Shown here: piece by piece, positions 1 through 9,920 of the stretch
How positions within the stretch are numbered: the first letter of the stretch is position 1
How the letters are laid out: each line of letters starts with the position of its first letter
Assembly: GCA_020725385.1 (NCBI GenBank)
Contig: DYFC01000060.1
Span: forward strand, 1-64,000
DNA length: 64,000 nt
Direction: 5' to 3'
From: Nitrospira japonica
GTDB taxonomy: Bacteria > Nitrospirota > Thermodesulfovibrionia > Thermodesulfovibrionales > SM23-35
Position numbers and translations under genes: made by a program
Notes under the pieces: model-generated
Database searches by the model: none
Seen by the model: only the letters and a program-made list of their open reading frames with translations
Told to the model about the DNA's origin: nothing

Positions 1-227
1 ATATTACTAAGCTACAAAATAAACTTATGGGATTGGTTACATCAAAAAACAATATAAAAAAGAAAGGTAATTTCGTTTATAATTTTAATGAGGCAACAGA
101 GAAACTTTTCGTTTAGATTTTTATGTGAGGCAACAGGGAAAAATATATCATTTTAATTGCATTTTGAGCAATCTAAAATATAAAATTCTATTTTATTGTT
201 TTAGAAATTAATTAAAAAGGATCGGAT

Positions 228-1475
228 CTGGAGAAAGAAATATTAAATAACCAATACAGGGGGAAAACTTTTCATTATGCATGGATTATTCTTGCTGTTG
301 GAACACTCGTTGTATTCGGCTCTTTAGGTTTGGCCCGGTTTGGTTATACGATGGTTCTGCCTGCCATGCAATCAGAACTCGGGTTAAGTAACACAGAAAC
401 AGGTGGAATTGCAACCGCAAATCTGATTGGTTATTTAATATTATCGGTTTCAGGTGGAGCACTTGCAGCAAGATACGGCCCGCGTATTGTTATCAGCACA
501 GGTCTTGCTATCGCAGGAATTTCAATGATTATGACAGGATTCTCAAATAATTTTGTGACTGTCTCCTTTTGGAGAGCTATTACTGGTATTGGAAGCGGAG
601 CAAGCAATGTTCCTGCAATAGGGTTACTTGCTGCATGGTTTGCACAACATCGTCGTGGACTTGCTTCCGGAATCGGTGTAACAGGTTCATCCTTAGCTTT
701 GATTGTATTGGGTATTTCAGTTCCTTATATACTTAAAATTACAGGAAATGAAGGTTGGCGTATTTGCTGGTTTATTTTTGGAGGGTTTACCATATTGCTC
801 TCAGCACTCTCAATTACTGTTCTAAGGAATAATCCTGCAGAAATGGGTATTCTTCCTGTTGGTGTGACTGAGAAAACCATTACTGAAATCACAGGCAGAG
901 ATAAACTAAAATGGTCAAAAGTTTACCAGTCAGGCAAAGTATGGCATCTTGGAATAATATATATTGCTTTTGGTTTTTCATACATTATCTACATTACTTT
1001 CTTTTCTAAATATCTTATCTCTGAAATTAATTTTACACAGGAAGCAGCTGGAAGATTGTTTATGCTTATGGGATGGTTCAGTCTTTTCTGTGGACTCATA
1101 TGGGGTGCTTTTTCAGATAAATTTGGACGTAAGACAGCACTTATAATTGTTTATTTAATTCAGTCAGCTTCATTTTTAATATTCGCACTTTTTCAAACAT
1201 GTACAGGCGCAATAATTTCTGCTTTTTTATTTGGAATATCAGCATGGAGTATTCCTGCAATTATGGCTGCAACCTGTGGGGATATACTCGGGCCAAAATT
1301 AGCTCCTGCCGGACTTGGTTTTGTTACATTATTTTTTGGAATAGGTCAGGCAACGGGTCCTGGCATTGCAGGGATGCTTGCTGATACATTTCATTCATTT
1401 TCACCTGCGCTGTTGCTTGCATCGCTTGTGGCAATAACAGGAGCAATAGGATCAGCTATGTTGAGAAAAACGTGA
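228..1475 (+). CDS. MFS transporter (YbfB/YjiJ-like)
   Basis: Multi-TM MFS pattern with GxLAARYGPR and GAFSDKFGRK loop motifs. Track start is TTG at 330, but the frame is open to a TAA at 213 and contains helix 1 (FHYAWIILAVGTLVV); CTG at 228 follows AAAAGG. Confidence 0.85.
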   Translation: MEKEILNNQYRGKTFHYAWIILAVGTLVVFGSLGLARFGYTMVLPAMQSELGLSNTETGGIATANLIGYLILSVSGGALAARYGPRIVISTGLAIAGISMIMTGFSNNFVTVSFWRAITGIGSGASNVPAIGLLAAWFAQHRRGLASGIGVTGSSLALIVLGISVPYILKITGNEGWRICWFIFGGFTILLSALSITVLRNNPAEMGILPVGVTEKTITEITGRDKLKWSKVYQSGKVWHLGIIYIAFGFSYIIYITFFSKYLISEINFTQEAAGRLFMLMGWFSLFCGLIWGAFSDKFGRKTALIIVYLIQSASFLIFALFQTCTGAIISAFLFGISAWSIPAIMAATCGDILGPKLAPAGLGFVTLFFGIGQATGPGIAGMLADTFHSFSPALLLASLVAITGAIGSAMLRKT

Positions 1476-1548
1476 TTCTCTAACTGGTCGAACAGTTTAC
1501 AGTTTACGCTTCACGTTATATGAGCAATGTTTGTATTTTTAGTTAACT

Positions 1549-1734
1549 TTATATTTTCAGACAATCTTCACGCCACAAGCATTCGGTCTGATCGCAATAA
1601 TTATTTTGGGCGGTGCCAAAACATTCGAAATTCCCTTCAGCTTTTTGTATAGCACGAATTATATTTTCTTTATTCATTTTCCCGACCTTAACACCTTTTG
1701 ACCTGGCAATTTCCTTTACCTGTTTAAGGTTCAT
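1549..1734 (-). CDS. Small SAP/Rho-N-like helical protein with Cys-rich C-terminus
   Basis: AAGGAGG RBS; LKQVKEIARSKG..IIRAIQKAEGN followed by CF..C....C.W..DC. Confidence 0.75.
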   Translation of the reverse strand: MNLKQVKEIARSKGVKVGKMNKENIIRAIQKAEGNFECFGTAQNNYCDQTECLWREDCLKI

Positions 1735-1770
1735 TGTATAGCCTCCTTTTTGTAAAAAGAATATAGCAGA

Positions 1771-2595
1771 TTACCCTACAATTTTCAAGGAAATATCAGA
1801 AGATGGCGCAGAATGTGTAATTGCTCCAATAGAAATGAGATTAACTCCTGTTTCAGCAATGGACCTGATATTTTTTAATGTTACATTACCTGAAACTTCG
1901 AGTACAACTTTTTTATTAGCTATTCTTACTGCTTTTTTAATATCTTCCAATTTCATATTATCAAGCATAACAACATCTGCTCCTGCATCTATTGCTTCAA
2001 TAAGCTCCTGAACTGACCCAACTTCAACTTCTATTTTCTGAAGATGATTGCAGGATTTTTTTGCAAGCTTTATAGTCTTTTTTATTCCACCTGCTGCTTT
2101 TATGTGATTGTCCTTAATCAAAATTCCATCAAACAGACCGAATCTATGGTTAAAGCCCCCGCCTATTTTAACAGCGTATTTTTCCATGATTCTCAAGCAA
2201 GGAGAAGTTTTTCTTGTATCAACTACTTTTGCATTAGTACCCTGAATTTTCTTTACAAAAAGAGAAGTTAAGGTTGCTACGCCCGATAGCCTTTGGAGAA
2301 TATTGAGACATGTTCGTTCACCATATAGAATTGAACGTGTTCTACCTTGAAGTTCAGCAATTATATCACCTTTTTTTACATCAGCGCCATCATCTATAAA
2401 AGCTTTAAAAGCCAATTCAGGGTCAATAACACTGAAAACTTTTATTGCGAAAGGTATTCCTGCAAGTACGAATCTGGATTTTGCGATTATATGTGCGGTT
2501 GAAACACTATTTTCCGGAATTGTTAGAGATGTTGTAATATCTCCAAACCCTATGTCTTCCTGAAGTGCGTATTTTATTAAATCAGATGGTTCCAT
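1771..2595 (-). CDS. nadC: Nicotinate-nucleotide pyrophosphorylase (quinolinate phosphoribosyltransferase)
   Basis: EDIGFGDITT, DTRKT, HRFGL.D..LIKDNH, EVEV, MLDN motifs. Confidence 0.96.
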   Translation of the reverse strand: MEPSDLIKYALQEDIGFGDITTSLTIPENSVSTAHIIAKSRFVLAGIPFAIKVFSVIDPELAFKAFIDDGADVKKGDIIAELQGRTRSILYGERTCLNILQRLSGVATLTSLFVKKIQGTNAKVVDTRKTSPCLRIMEKYAVKIGGGFNHRFGLFDGILIKDNHIKAAGGIKKTIKLAKKSCNHLQKIEVEVGSVQELIEAIDAGADVVMLDNMKLEDIKKAVRIANKKVVLEVSGNVTLKNIRSIAETGVNLISIGAITHSAPSSDISLKIVG

Positions 2596-3084
2596 TTACT
2601 TTTTTCTCGTTAAGAGTGAGAAAAAGCCCCATAAACCTCCTAAGACAGATCCAAGAGCAAGCGCTGATTTCCAATCAAGCAAGGTAGTTATATTTCCCTC
2701 AACTTTATTACCTATTACCATAAAAGCAGAGGTATTTTCCGATTTTATTTCTTTTGCAGCAATTATTCCAACAGCTGACCTGTTCGATACAGCATTTTCT
2801 CTTGAAATAGTAACAGGGCTTAGGGAATAATTTATGGAAACTTTATCAGCAGCAGTAACTGTACTTATACTTTGGTTAAGATTAACCTCATTTCCTTTAA
2901 GTAAAGCTGTAGCTCCCTGAATTACCTCAACCTTTTCTCCATCAATACTAAGTGCGCCAACTTGCTGAAGTTCAATATGACTACCCTCAACAGAGCGTAT
3001 TGTACTTTGATTAACTTTAACAAATTCGCCTTCAAGAAATTCTATATCACTTTTTTCTATTTCTTTTCCTTTTTTAACTTTCAT
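2596..3084 (-). CDS. Hypothetical protein, beta-repeat-like N-terminus with C-terminal membrane anchor
   Basis: 162-aa ORF abutting valS and nadC; hydrophobic tail ALALGSVLGGLWGFFSLL. Confidence 0.65.
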   Translation of the reverse strand: MKVKKGKEIEKSDIEFLEGEFVKVNQSTIRSVEGSHIELQQVGALSIDGEKVEVIQGATALLKGNEVNLNQSISTVTAADKVSINYSLSPVTISRENAVSNRSAVGIIAAKEIKSENTSAFMVIGNKVEGNITTLLDWKSALALGSVLGGLWGFFSLLTRKK

Positions 3085-5762
3085 TATTTCCCCTCCGCTT
3101 CTTTTAAAAGTTTAATGCTCTCAAAAATTCTGTCCCTTATATGGACAAACTCGTTGTACCTTGCCTTTTCTTTTTCAACTATATCACGTGGCGCTTTTTT
3201 AATAAAATCGTCATTAAAAAGTTTTTTATTGAGAGAGGAGATGGAAGCCTCTACTTTTTTAATCTCTTTAGTAAGTCTTTCTATTTCAGAAGAAATATCA
3301 AGAATGCCTTTAAGCGGGACATAAATTTCCATTTTACTCTTTACAGAAGTAGCTGAACCCTCAGGTTTTTTTATGTCCCTGCCAATAGTAATTTTATCAC
3401 ATTTTGCGAGGCTCTTTATATAATTTAAATTTTCAATAATTATTTTTTCTACATCATCTGAATGAGTCTTAATAAAGACATTCAATTTTGCTGAAGGAGA
3501 TATATTAAGCTCTCCCCTGACCGTTCTTATACCCGTAATAGCATCTATAACAAAAGACATTTTTTCTTCAGCATTTAAATCTCTTTTTAGATTTTCAGGA
3601 AATGAAGAAATCATGATGCTTTCAACCGGTTCGCTTTCCATTAAATGAGGTATTTTCTGCCATATTTCTTCTGTAATAAAGGGCATGAAAGGATGAAGCA
3701 TTTTTAAAGATGCTTCAAGAGAATAAATAAGACACCATGAAGCTTCCTTGTAGTAAATATCATCCTGCAACTGCAATTTTGACATCTCGATATACCAGTC
3801 ACAGAATTCATGCCAGATGAATTGATAAATACTATTGGCAGCATCATTAAAACGATAATCTTCAAGAGATGCATTTACTTCATCTATTGTTAATGCAAGT
3901 CTGCTCAAAATCCATCTGCCGGCAAGACTTAAATTTTCAGGGCATGATAGTTTCTTATCTTGCTTTAAATTCATTAAAATAAATCTCGCTGCATTCCATA
4001 TCTTATTAACAAAATGCCTGTAGCCCTCGACTCTTTCTTCAGAAAATTTAATATCTCTTCCTTGAGCAGCAAAAGCTGCCAACGTAAATCTGAAAGCATC
4101 GGTGCCATATTTGTCCATCATTATCAGAGGATCAATTACATTACCTTTTGATTTAGACATTTTCTGGCCTTTTATATCCCTTACCAGCGCATGTATATAA
4201 ACATCCCTGAAAGGTACATCTTTCATAAATTTTAATCCCATCATTATCATTCTTGCTACCCAGAAGAAGATAATATCAAAACCTGTTACAAGAACACTTG
4301 TTGGATAATAGGTTTTAAGGTCTTCTGTGTTTTCAGGCCATCCAAAAGTTGAAAAAGGCCACAAAGCTGATGAAAACCAGGTGTCAAGAACATCGTCATC
4401 CTGTTTTATTTCTGATGAATTGCAATAAGGGCATTTTTCAGGCGTAACTCTTGATACAATTATCCCTTTTTTCTTCTGGCACTCATCATTTTGCATCTTA
4501 AGGCAATACCAGACAGGAATTCTATGGCCCCACCATATCTGACGTGATATACACCAATCTTTTATGTCTTCCATCCATGCAAAATATGTATTTTCCCATG
4601 AGGATGGAATAATTTTTATTCTGCCTTCTCTTACAGCCTTAATAGCTTCATCAGCAAGTGATTTAACGCTCACATACCATTGTGGTGTTGACAGAGGTTC
4701 GGTGATTGTCTTGCACCTATAACAATGACCGATGGCGTGTTTATGTTCTACCTGTTTTTCTATGAGTCCGAGTTCTTTCAAATCATTCAGAACTGCTTTT
4801 CTGCATTCATATCTGTCAAGACCTGCATATTTCTTACCAGCCAAAGCTGTCATTTTCCCATCATCACCTATTACAGTGATGAATTCAAGTTGTGGACTCT
4901 GTCTTTTTGCCATGGCTTCATCATTAAAATCATGCGCTGGTGTGACTTTAACAGCACCTGTTCCAAAGGAAGGATCGACTGCTGAATCTGATATAACTGG
5001 AATTTTTCTTCCTGTTAATGGTAGCTCAAGAACCAAACCAATATAATCTTTATACCTTTCATCTTCGGGATTTACAGCAACAGCAGTATCTCCAAGCATT
5101 GTTTCAGGTCTTGTGGTTGCAACAATTATATACTTATCAGACTTCCCTGCTATGGGGTATTTTATATAAGTTAATCTTCCATCAATTTCTTCATGTTCAA
5201 CTTCAAGGTCTGAAAGAGCTGTATGGCAGCGAGGACACCAGTTTATCAAACGATTATCACGATATATAAGCCCTTCCTCGTATAATCTTACAAAAACTTC
5301 TCTTACAGCAATGGAAAGACCTTCATCAAGTGTGAATCTTTCTCTTGTCCAGTCACATGATGCCCCAAGTCTTTTTAATTGGTGAATTATTGTCCCGCCT
5401 GACTCAGCTTTCCATTTCCATACTCTTTTTATAAAAGCTTCCCTACCGAGAGAATGTCTATCAAGTCCTTCGGCTGCCAGCTGTTTTTCAACAACATTTT
5501 GTGTCGCTATACCAGCATGGTCTGTTCCGGGGAGCCATAGTACTTTATATCCTTTCATTCTTTTCCATCTTGAAAGAATATCCTGTAAAACAGTATTTAG
5601 CGCATGCCCCATGTGCAGAGAGCCAGTAACATTTGGAGGGGGGATAACCAAAGAATATGGAATGCCGGTATTTTTAGGGTCTGGAGTAAAAAATCCCTTT
5701 AAAACCCAAAAATTATACCAGCTTTCTTCTAAGCCGTGTGGATTAAAACCTTTTTCTAAAAT
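3084..5762 (-). CDS. valS: Valine--tRNA ligase
   Basis: PPPNVTGSLHMGH, DWCISRQIWWGH, KMSKS, C-terminal coiled coil. Conserved N-terminus LEKGFNPHGLEESWYNFW lies upstream of the track start (5651); start placed tentatively at ATT 5762. Confidence 0.95.
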   Translation of the reverse strand: MLEKGFNPHGLEESWYNFWVLKGFFTPDPKNTGIPYSLVIPPPNVTGSLHMGHALNTVLQDILSRWKRMKGYKVLWLPGTDHAGIATQNVVEKQLAAEGLDRHSLGREAFIKRVWKWKAESGGTIIHQLKRLGASCDWTRERFTLDEGLSIAVREVFVRLYEEGLIYRDNRLINWCPRCHTALSDLEVEHEEIDGRLTYIKYPIAGKSDKYIIVATTRPETMLGDTAVAVNPEDERYKDYIGLVLELPLTGRKIPVISDSAVDPSFGTGAVKVTPAHDFNDEAMAKRQSPQLEFITVIGDDGKMTALAGKKYAGLDRYECRKAVLNDLKELGLIEKQVEHKHAIGHCYRCKTITEPLSTPQWYVSVKSLADEAIKAVREGRIKIIPSSWENTYFAWMEDIKDWCISRQIWWGHRIPVWYCLKMQNDECQKKKGIIVSRVTPEKCPYCNSSEIKQDDDVLDTWFSSALWPFSTFGWPENTEDLKTYYPTSVLVTGFDIIFFWVARMIMMGLKFMKDVPFRDVYIHALVRDIKGQKMSKSKGNVIDPLIMMDKYGTDAFRFTLAAFAAQGRDIKFSEERVEGYRHFVNKIWNAARFILMNLKQDKKLSCPENLSLAGRWILSRLALTIDEVNASLEDYRFNDAANSIYQFIWHEFCDWYIEMSKLQLQDDIYYKEASWCLIYSLEASLKMLHPFMPFITEEIWQKIPHLMESEPVESIMISSFPENLKRDLNAEEKMSFVIDAITGIRTVRGELNISPSAKLNVFIKTHSDDVEKIIIENLNYIKSLAKCDKITIGRDIKKPEGSATSVKSKMEIYVPLKGILDISSEIERLTKEIKKVEASISSLNKKLFNDDFIKKAPRDIVEKEKARYNEFVHIRDRIFESIKLLKEAEGK

Positions 5763-6745
5763 TCTGACCTTATCCTCTCTATTTCTTTAGAAATCATAGT
5801 CTCAGCAAGGTCAGGAACTGTTTCCCAGATTACCTTTTCAACTTCTTTTGCGAGGGATTCAAGTGAGCCCTTAAGCATATCTTTAAGCATTCTTTCTACG
5901 AGGTCCGGAGCTACTTCCCATAGCACCTTTTCGATAGAATCCTTAAATAAGGGTGTAAGAGTTGATATTATAGATTCTTTAATATCCAGAGAACTTAAAA
6001 AGCTACTAATTCTTTCGTTTACAACTGATTTAAATTGTTCCTCGAATTCTTCTCTGGAAGGAAGACTAATTTCCGCAGGCGCAACTTTTAGTTCCTTAAC
6101 TTCAGGTTTTTCGGGTGTTATAACCGGTTTTTCCTCAACTGCTTCTTCTATCCCAGCGATTACTTCTGCTTCTGCAGCAAAGATTTCTTCTGTGCCAGCA
6201 AATATTTCTTCTCCCTCTTCTTCAACAGGCAAAGCTTCAGTTTTGACTTCTTCAGGTGTCTCTTCAAAAGCCCATAAGTCTTCTTCAATAGCAACTTCAG
6301 AAGTTGGTATTTCTGGAGTTATAGCTTCAGCCTCGATAATAGGCTCTTCTATTGCTTCAGCTTCGGCAAAAGCTGTAGAAGCTGTAAGCAAAGAATTAAT
6401 CTTGCTGATAAGTTCCTGTGATTCAAAAGGTTTTATTATAAAGTCATCTGCCCTGACCTGTTTTGCAAGCTCTTCGTCAATTGGTTCAAAAGCACCTGTA
6501 AGTAATATAACAGGTATATCGGCCATTGCTGGGTCCTGTTTAATCTTTTCACACAATTGATAGCCATTCATCTTGGGCATTTCTATATCGGCAAGTATGA
6601 CATCAGGTTTAAAGGATGCAATAGCATTAAGAGCTTCTTCGCCATTAGAAACAGATTTTATCTCAAAGTCCTCCTCGGCGAGTATAAGCTCTACAACTTT
6701 CTGAATTGTAATACTATCATCTGCCAAAAGAAGTTTGTGTGACAC
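5756..6745 (-). CDS. RomR-like response regulator (REC + acidic linker + duplicated C-terminal WEVxPxLAE helix)
   Basis: REC motifs LLADD, D-IEMP, KPF; Glu/Ala/Pro-rich linker; IEKVLWEVAPDLVE and VEKVIWETVPDLAETMISKEIER; adjacent to valS. Confidence 0.85.
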   Translation of the reverse strand: MSHKLLLADDSITIQKVVELILAEEDFEIKSVSNGEEALNAIASFKPDVILADIEMPKMNGYQLCEKIKQDPAMADIPVILLTGAFEPIDEELAKQVRADDFIIKPFESQELISKINSLLTASTAFAEAEAIEEPIIEAEAITPEIPTSEVAIEEDLWAFEETPEEVKTEALPVEEEGEEIFAGTEEIFAAEAEVIAGIEEAVEEKPVITPEKPEVKELKVAPAEISLPSREEFEEQFKSVVNERISSFLSSLDIKESIISTLTPLFKDSIEKVLWEVAPDLVERMLKDMLKGSLESLAKEVEKVIWETVPDLAETMISKEIERIRSEF

Positions 6746-6821
6746 TATTCACCTCTTGTTATCTTATTCAAGAATTTTATTGCTAAGTATCAAAAAAGTC
6801 AAGAAAATTTCTCGCAAGGTA

Positions 6822-7646
6822 TTAAATTGATTTGATACTTATGTCATATAGTTCTTTTTTGCTTATACCAAACATCTCGGCAATTTTTTTAGCAGCCTCT
6901 TTTCTACCAAAACCCTTCTTCATCAAGCTATGTAATTCTATGAGAGCTTCATCTATATTTTTGTTTTGTACAGGACTAAGCCCTTCTATAACAAGAACAT
7001 ATTCTCCTGCTATTTTTGTTCCCATAATATTATCTAATATATCCGGAAAATTTCCTCTTATTACCTCTTCATGTAATTTTGTAATTTCTTTAACAATTGC
7101 GGCCTTTCTGCCATGAAAAATTTCCGATATTTCTTTTAGTGTTTCTATAATTCTATGAGGAGCTTCATATATTACAACAGTTCTTTGTTCCCGGGATAAT
7201 TCATTTAATTTTTTCATTTTTTGGCTTTTCTTTGAAGGTAGAAATCCGATGAAAGTAAATTCATCCGTTGGTAGTCCTGAAATTGATAATGCAGCAATGG
7301 CAGCTGTAACTCCGGGAACTGATACAATCTGAATGTTTTCTTCAATTGCCTTATTTATCAGAAAAGAGCCAGGATCTGATATGCCCGGTGTTCCTGCATC
7401 GGAGATAAGTGCTATTGAATTTCCTTCTTTGAGTTTATTAATGATTTCTGCTGCTCTTGATTTTTCTTTCTCTTTCCAGTAGCTGATTAAAGGCTTTTTT
7501 ATACCGTAATGATTTAGTAATTTTAAAGAGTGACGGGTGTCTTCTACTGCTATAATATCTACTGCTTTTAAAATTCTTAAAGCGCGTAAGGTAATATCTT
7601 CAAGATTACCGATAGGTGTTGAAACAATGTATAGTGTACCGCTCAT
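6822..7646 (-). CDS. rsmI: 16S rRNA (cytidine1402-2'-O)-methyltransferase
   Basis: GTLYIVSTPIGNLEDIT, EDTRHS, SDAGTPGISDPG, YEAPHR, KEITKLHEE. Confidence 0.96.
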   Translation of the reverse strand: MSGTLYIVSTPIGNLEDITLRALRILKAVDIIAVEDTRHSLKLLNHYGIKKPLISYWKEKEKSRAAEIINKLKEGNSIALISDAGTPGISDPGSFLINKAIEENIQIVSVPGVTAAIAALSISGLPTDEFTFIGFLPSKKSQKMKKLNELSREQRTVVIYEAPHRIIETLKEISEIFHGRKAAIVKEITKLHEEVIRGNFPDILDNIMGTKIAGEYVLVIEGLSPVQNKNIDEALIELHSLMKKGFGRKEAAKKIAEMFGISKKELYDISIKSI

Positions 7647-7903
7647 TATTGAATATCGAGCAATTTTCTGAGACGCTTGTCAGCTTTTACTATTTCATCG
7701 ACATCGTCACCGGTTAGATCCCATGTGTATTTGCCTTCTGTAGTTCTTTTAAGCTTAATCTTTACAGGTTTTTTTGGTTTAATCTGCTGAATTTCAGGTT
7801 GTTTCTTGATCTGAATATTCTTATTTTCGGCTGATAAGCTAAAATTTGTTGTGAAAAATATAATGGTGAAACAAATTCCTATGATTGATAAAATCTTACG
7901 CAT
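7646..7903 (-). CDS. Small exported hypothetical protein
   Basis: Signal-peptide-like N-terminus; start/stop overlaps with neighbours. Confidence 0.6.
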   Translation of the reverse strand: MRKILSIIGICFTIIFFTTNFSLSAENKNIQIKKQPEIQQIKPKKPVKIKLKRTTEGKYTWDLTGDDVDEIVKADKRLRKLLDIQ

Positions 7904-8091
7904 CAGTATTTTATCCCCTTTTCTAATTTGAAAGTCTTAATAGTGGAAGTCGTCCACCCGATTGAATATGATTGACCGCATTTAGGGCATATAAGACCTA
8001 TATATGTTTTGCCTTTATTTTTCTTAAAAAAAACATGAAAGCCTTTTTCGTATCCGCATTCAATACAAATTCTTATTTCTTCGAAATTCAT
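7903..8091 (-). CDS. Small zinc-ribbon protein
   Basis: CIECG...CPKCG in 62 aa; tightly packed in the nadE operon. Confidence 0.7.
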   Translation of the reverse strand: MNFEEIRICIECGYEKGFHVFFKKNKGKTYIGLICPKCGQSYSIGWTTSTIKTFKLEKGIKY

Positions 8092-8093
8092 AA

Positions 8094-9824
8094 TTAAAAC
8101 CCCCTGTATTTATTTGTTATAGGGAATCTCCTGTCCCTCCCAAAGGCACGGGCTGTTATTTTTATGCCCGGAGGAGACTGTCTTCTTTTATATTCGCTTC
8201 TATCTACCATTCTTATAACTTTCTGAACACATTCAATTTCACAACCCATAAGTAAAATTTCCTGAAAACTTTTATCTTCTTCAATGTATGCTTTTAAAAT
8301 AGGGTCAAGTTCATGGTAGGGTGGCAATATATCTGAATCTTTTTGTCCTTTTTTTAATTCAGCAGAAGGTTCTTTTGTAAACATCCTTTCGGGAATGATA
8401 AGTTCGCCTGATTTTTTGTTTCGCCATTTGCAGAGTTTGTAAACCATTGTTTTCGGAACATCTTTAATAACTGCGAAACCTCCAGCCATATCGCCGTAAA
8501 GGGTTGCATATCCAACACTCATTTCGGATTTATTTCCCGTGGTCAGAACAATCCATCCAAATTTATTTGAAAAAGCCATCAGGAGATTACCCCTGATTCT
8601 TGCCTGAAGATTTTCTTCGGTAACATTGCTTTTAAGTCCTTTGAAGAATTTTTTGAGTGATGCAATATAACTGTTAAAAATATCGTTAATCGGTATTTCC
8701 ATAATTTTAATACCGAGTCTTTTTGCAAGTTCATAGGCATCTTCGATACTTTCTTTTGATGTGTATATCGAAGGCATAAAAAGAGCATGGACATTTTCTT
8801 TGCCGAGTGCATCGGTCGCGATTGCAGCAACAAGTGCTGAATCGATTCCACCACTCACTCCTATTACTGCACCTTTAAAATCATTTTTCTTTATATAATC
8901 TGATGTGCCCAGTACGAGAGCACTATAAATTTCTTCCAATGGTTCGAGCGAAGTTTTTTGATATGCTTGAACAAGAAATTTACGTTTTGTAATTTTTAAT
9001 TGAGGTACTTCAATTTTTTCAATAGATGTTTTATCAAGTTTTATTATTTCCTGTCTTCTCAGGGGCGCATGAAGCCTTTTTATCATTGTATTTTCGAGTT
9101 CGAGATCCGCAATAATAAGATCCTCTTCAAACTGTTTTCCTCTGGCAATAATAATCCCGTCCTGATTAAAGATCATGCTATGCCCATCAAAGACAAGTTC
9201 ATCCTGTCCTCCAACAGCATTAAGATAAGCAATAAATACAATATTATCAACTGCACGTGTATGAAGCATCTGTTCTCTGAAATGTGCTTTTCCTATATGA
9301 TATGGCGAAGCGTTTATATTTATAATTACTTCTGCACCTGCAAGAGACTGTGTTCTTGCAGGACCTTCCGGATACCATATATCTTCACAAATATTTACTC
9401 CAAATAATGTCTCACCTTTTAGATAAACCGGACATCTCGAGCCTGCCTGAAAATAACGGTATTCATCAAATACTCCGTAATTGGGAAGATATTTTTTATG
9501 GTAAATATCAATTATTTTTCTATCATGAATTATTGCAGCAGCATTATATATATCATCTTTTCTGTCAACAAAACCTATGATTACAGTAATTCCATCTATT
9601 TTTTTAGTTATTTTTTGAAGAGCATCAAGATTGTCATCAATGAATTGTGTCTTAAGAAGCAAGTCTTCAGGAGGATAGCCTGTTATTGCTAATTCCGGGA
9701 AAGCTACAATATCAGCACTGAAATTTTTTGCTTTCTTTATATAATTAAGAATTTTTGCAACATTTCCATCAAAATCTCCAACTGTAGTATTAATCTGCGC
9801 AAGTGCAATTCTTAGTATTCGCAT
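8094..9824 (-). CDS. nadE: Glutamine-dependent NAD+ synthetase
   Basis: Nitrilase-type domain ([21 protein letters not shown]) plus [29 protein letters not shown]. Confidence 0.96.
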   Translation of the reverse strand: MRILRIALAQINTTVGDFDGNVAKILNYIKKAKNFSADIVAFPELAITGYPPEDLLLKTQFIDDNLDALQKITKKIDGITVIIGFVDRKDDIYNAAAIIHDRKIIDIYHKKYLPNYGVFDEYRYFQAGSRCPVYLKGETLFGVNICEDIWYPEGPARTQSLAGAEVIININASPYHIGKAHFREQMLHTRAVDNIVFIAYLNAVGGQDELVFDGHSMIFNQDGIIIARGKQFEEDLIIADLELENTMIKRLHAPLRRQEIIKLDKTSIEKIEVPQLKITKRKFLVQAYQKTSLEPLEEIYSALVLGTSDYIKKNDFKGAVIGVSGGIDSALVAAIATDALGKENVHALFMPSIYTSKESIEDAYELAKRLGIKIMEIPINDIFNSYIASLKKFFKGLKSNVTEENLQARIRGNLLMAFSNKFGWIVLTTGNKSEMSVGYATLYGDMAGGFAVIKDVPKTMVYKLCKWRNKKSGELIIPERMFTKEPSAELKKGQKDSDILPPYHELDPILKAYIEEDKSFQEILLMGCEIECVQKVIRMVDRSEYKRRQSPPGIKITARAFGRDRRFPITNKYRGF

Positions 9825-9920
9825 AATATACTCCGAAACATACCTGTTAAATATTCATATATTTCTGCATATTATATCATTAGAATAAAAAATCAACAAA
9901 GATTATTGTTATACTAAATA

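Noticed and set aside
72-141. Possible CRISPR array
   Set aside because: Only two imperfect adjacent units, no spacers, no cas genes
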